This document shows, in pieces, positions 38,828 through 41,553 of a DNA stretch of 41,553 nucleotides. The position numbers were made by a program, and so were the translations under genes. The notes under the pieces are model-generated. The model was not told the DNA's origin and did no database searches. It saw nothing but the letters and a program-made list of their open reading frames with translations. Source of the DNA: a virus (lineage: Duplodnaviria; Heunggongvirae; Uroviricota; Caudoviricetes); IMG/VR virus record IMGVR_UViG_2534681759_000006. The stretch is one strand, 5' to 3'. Numbering within the stretch: position 1 is the first letter of the stretch; each line of letters opens with the position of its first letter.

Positions 38828-39739
38828 ATGATTAACTTTACTGAAATTGATAGTGACGGTGAAGCCTGGGAGTCATTTGCCCGTGATTTTCTTGAAGAAC
38901 TTGGCTTTTATATTGAATCCGCGCCAGATAGAGGTGCAGATGGAGGTAAAGATCTTTTAATCACAGAGCAATTGCAAGGTCAGTTAAATAAATATAAATT
39001 TCGTTGGCTTGTTAGCTGTAAACATTATGCAACAAGTAAAAAATCAGTTTCAGAAAAGGATGAGATTAATATACAAGAACGTATTGATGGATTCAATGCC
39101 GACGGATTTATTGGATTTTACTCAACACTGCCAAGTAGTGGTTTAAATTCAAGAATGACGCAATTAAAAGAGAATGGAAAAATAAAGGACTTTCGATTCT
39201 TTGATGGTAAATTAATTGAAAATCACTTAGTCAGAATTGGTTACTCAAAACTACTCCTTAGATACTTTCCTGAGAGCTATAAAAAAATAAAACCCAAGCA
39301 TTTGATTTTTGATAAGTACTTACCTATAAAATGTGATCGTTGTGGAAAGGACTTAATAGAAAACCATCATGAAGAAAATTATGATGGCATTGTGTGCAAT
39401 GCAGAGATCATACACGATGACAAACCAAATGAGGTGATAGCGGTTTATTATGCGTGTAAAGGTGATTGTGATAAGCATTTTGAGGATTATTTTTGGAATG
39501 AATATAAAGCGATTACGAGATGGCAGGATATAAGTGATCTAGCCATCCCATTATTCTATCTCAAATGGATTATGGGGACATTTAATGAACTTGAGTATGG
39601 AAGGAAAACATATACCAAAGAAGCCTTCAATAAAACAAAGGAGATAACATTAGCGCTATCTCAAATTGTTATGAGAGAAATGACAGAAAAAGAAAGAGAA
39701 AGAGTGATGGCTTTGAATTCACTACCTGATTACATATAA
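38828..39739 (+). CDS. Mrr-like PD-(D/E)xK restriction-endonuclease-fold protein with Cys-rich C-terminal domain (303 aa), very AT-rich
   Basis: N-terminal pattern FARDFLEELGF...DRGADGGKDLL...VSCKHY resembles the Mrr catalytic domain; C-terminal CDRCGKD...C...CKGDC. Confidence 0.5.
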   Translation: MINFTEIDSDGEAWESFARDFLEELGFYIESAPDRGADGGKDLLITEQLQGQLNKYKFRWLVSCKHYATSKKSVSEKDEINIQERIDGFNADGFIGFYSTLPSSGLNSRMTQLKENGKIKDFRFFDGKLIENHLVRIGYSKLLLRYFPESYKKIKPKHLIFDKYLPIKCDRCGKDLIENHHEENYDGIVCNAEIIHDDKPNEVIAVYYACKGDCDKHFEDYFWNEYKAITRWQDISDLAIPLFYLKWIMGTFNELEYGRKTYTKEAFNKTKEITLALSQIVMREMTEKERERVMALNSLPDYI

Positions 39740-39910
39740 ATTATATTTACTAACATTTGAACTAGCGCATCTTTGGTGCAGAGACACCACCATCTTGGGG
39801 ACACTGTGAGGCCACTGGCTTCCCAACTTATCGTTATACAGGATAATAAGGTGCTCCAGGGTGGCTATGAACTTGATGTTACGTCTGCGATTTGCTCATA
39901 AGGGACAACC

Positions 39911-39947
39911 ATACTCAAATCTCCCACATTGCAGGAGATTTGAGTAT
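39911..39947. promoter_or_regulatory. perfect 14-bp palindrome ATACTCAAATCTCC-N8-GGAGATTTGAGTAT overlapping the SD and start codon of the recombinase gene
   Basis: Read directly; the right arm contains GGAG and ends in the ATG. Confidence 0.8.
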
Positions 39948-40548
39948 GAACACGTCACCGTGGAACAAAGACCGTATCATCGGCCAAAAAAGACCACTTC
40001 AGATATCTCATATCTGGGGGATCCGAATCCGGCTTGAACTGGAAGGTAAAACGCGCGATTTAGCTCAGTTCGATATGGTCCTGGACAGTAAGCTACGAGG
40101 CTGTGATCTGGTCAAACTCAAAGTATCTGATGTTGCATATGGTAGCTCTGCTTCAAGCAGAGCTACGGTGCTGCAACAGAAAACCGGTAGCCCTGTGCAG
40201 TTTGAGATAACCAAAGGGACAAGAGAAGCTGTTGCTGCATTGATAATGCTTGGCAATTTGCATAGTAAAGACTTCTTGTTTCGGTTTCTGGTCGGAACTA
40301 ATCAGCTCATATCTACCCGGCAATACAACCGAATTTTTCATGGGTGGGTAGAAAAGCTTGGTCTCGAAGATTCGCTTTACAGCACTCATTCCATGAGAAG
40401 AACAAAACCTTACCTGATCTACAAGAAAACCAAGAATCTTCGGGTGATCCAACTTCTGTTGGGCCATAAGAAACTGGAAAGCACAGTCCGTTATCTGGGT
40501 ATTGAAGTAGATGATGTGTTAGAGATCTCTGAATCGATTGAAGTCTAA
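39946..40548 (+). CDS. small tyrosine recombinase, catalytic domain only (about 200 aa; FimB/FimE-like size)
   Basis: Catalytic motifs LRGCDLVKLKVSDV (box I), HSMRRT (H-x-x-R), LLGHKKLESTVRYLG (H..Y); no N-terminal core-binding domain. Confidence 0.7.
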   Translation: MNTSPWNKDRIIGQKRPLQISHIWGIRIRLELEGKTRDLAQFDMVLDSKLRGCDLVKLKVSDVAYGSSASSRATVLQQKTGSPVQFEITKGTREAVAALIMLGNLHSKDFLFRFLVGTNQLISTRQYNRIFHGWVEKLGLEDSLYSTHSMRRTKPYLIYKKTKNLRVIQLLLGHKKLESTVRYLGIEVDDVLEISESIEV

Positions 40549-40585
40549 GGTTGTCAGGGCTGCAACAACAGCCCTGTGCCAGGAG

Positions 40586-40614
40586 TTGACACTGTTAGCA
40601 TCGCGCTATGTTAA
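40586..40614 (+). promoter_or_regulatory. candidate sigma70 promoter (TTGACA, then a TG-containing -10 region) upstream of the last gene
   Basis: Consensus -35 hexamer read in sequence 17 bp upstream of TGTTAA; preceded by hairpin CAGGGCTG caacaa CAGCCCTG. Confidence 0.4.
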
Positions 40615-40680
40615 TCTATGTTGAGCAGTTAAAAATGATAATGTAGTTTATATGGATAATCAGTTTATAGAGTGGGTGAG

Positions 40681-41553
40681 ATGGAACTAGATGAAACACT
40701 TGAAGTTATCAAAAATAATTTTAGTAATAATCAGAAGAAACTATTTAAAAGGATTGAGCCAGCCACTAACCGTCAAGTAGCTATCGGTCTTATTAGTTTA
40801 CAAGGAGTGGAAAAAACATCTCAGGCTGAGATAGAGGTAATTGCCGGCCTCATATCTCAGTTTAGTCCATTGGAAATCGATAGTTTTCAAAATTCACCAC
40901 GACGAATAACTCTGAAAGGTCAATTCCCAAACGGACATATTGTTTATATCGAGCCTCAGTATAAGGTTGGCAATATAAACCCAAAAGCCCAGCCTTGGGC
41001 AATAGACCTTGTCCTTAGACTAAATAGATGGATTGGTCAAGATTTGGTTGAGATTGCTGCTATTGGCATCGAGTATGATGGCCACATAGCTCATTATGTG
41101 GAAAGTAAAATTAAGTCTACTTACAAGCGTGATGCAGTAATAACTAGTAACGAAGGATTTCAATCGATTAGGATCTCACCAGAACAATGGAAATCGTCTA
41201 AAGAGGATCTTAAGAAGGCAATTAAAAAGTATTTTGAACATCACATAAAAAAAATTGAAAAAGTTCAACTAAGCACAATAAACGCCCAAAATTTCAACAA
41301 TTTTATTTATGAAAATGAAAATGAAGTGATATCCACTGTAACTTGCCCTTTATGTAATGGAAAAGGCAGTTTAGCGGGAGAAGATTGTCCGATCTGTAAT
41401 GGAATGGGATCCGTAAAAAGATATATTGCTGCAAAGGTGAATCTTTCTAATTATGAAAAATTCACTTGTCCTGACTGCAGGAATATAAAATTAGATTGCA
41501 GAACCTGCAATGGTGAAGGATCAATTAGCAGAGAAAAAGCATTAGAAATGTAA
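40681..41553 (+). CDS. AT-rich protein with C-terminal DnaJ-type zinc-finger repeats (CxxCxGxG) and a possible PD-(D/E)xK/DUF559-like N-terminal domain
   Basis: C-terminal CPLCNGKGS, CPICNGMGS, CPDC, CRTCNGEGS; N-terminal IDLVL...IEYDGHIAH resembles the DUF559/Vsr-like motif (tentative). Confidence 0.6.
   Translation: MELDETLEVIKNNFSNNQKKLFKRIEPATNRQVAIGLISLQGVEKTSQAEIEVIAGLISQFSPLEIDSFQNSPRRITLKGQFPNGHIVYIEPQYKVGNINPKAQPWAIDLVLRLNRWIGQDLVEIAAIGIEYDGHIAHYVESKIKSTYKRDAVITSNEGFQSIRISPEQWKSSKEDLKKAIKKYFEHHIKKIEKVQLSTINAQNFNNFIYENENEVISTVTCPLCNGKGSLAGEDCPICNGMGSVKRYIAAKVNLSNYEKFTCPDCRNIKLDCRTCNGEGSISREKALEM

Noticed and set aside
38743-39756. Inverted repeats flanking the Mrr-like gene (TGTTAGTA...ATAT...AATT at 38743..38762 versus the inverted match at 39741..39756) as a recombinase-invertible unit
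   Set aside because: The exact match is only 8 bp in AT-rich low-complexity DNA, where a chance match between two ~200-bp intervals is expected; kept only as a thing to test alongside the recombinase finding.

Overview
The window opens exactly at the start codon of proA (gamma-glutamyl phosphate reductase, complete) followed by a tRNA-Thr (anticodon CGT, thrW-like). Everything from about 1.46 kb to the window end is a single mosaic temperate prophage integrated at the tRNA. It carries a tyrosine integrase and excisionase next to the tRNA, then a CPS-53-like early-left module (DUF551, HD-domain 5'-deoxynucleotidase, DUF2303/YfdQ-like, YfdP-like). A lambdoid immunity and replication region follows (cI/LexA-like repressor, Cro, CII-like, O-like initiator with in-gene iterons, RusA, KilA-N, DUF968, QuuD-like antiterminator Q). 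After the lambda-type lysis cassette (holin, R-like transglycosylase, Rz/Rz1) come HNH plus small and large terminase, an HK97-type head (portal, prohead protease, major capsid), a Mu-like contractile tail (sheath, tube, tape measure, DNA circulation protein, baseplate) and a Pin/Gin-type invertible tail-fibre switch. Accessory (moron) loci stand out by AT-richness and position: (i) a two-gene antisense cassette (340-aa soluble protein plus 194-aa four-helix membrane protein) between Q and the late terminator, the classic Stx/nmpC moron site, which is my best candidate for an undescribed abortive-infection or defence system; (ii) a lone trypsin-like serine protease between lysis and packaging genes; (iii) a nuclease-rich island after the invertase (GIY-YIG protein flanked by hairpin repeats, Mrr-like PD-(D/E)xK protein, small FimB/FimE-sized tyrosine recombinase with a perfect palindrome over its RBS, and a protein with DnaJ-type CxxCxGxG zinc fingers). 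All calls rest on reading the sequence and ORF translations by eye; no database search or computation was run, and GC statements are visual estimates.
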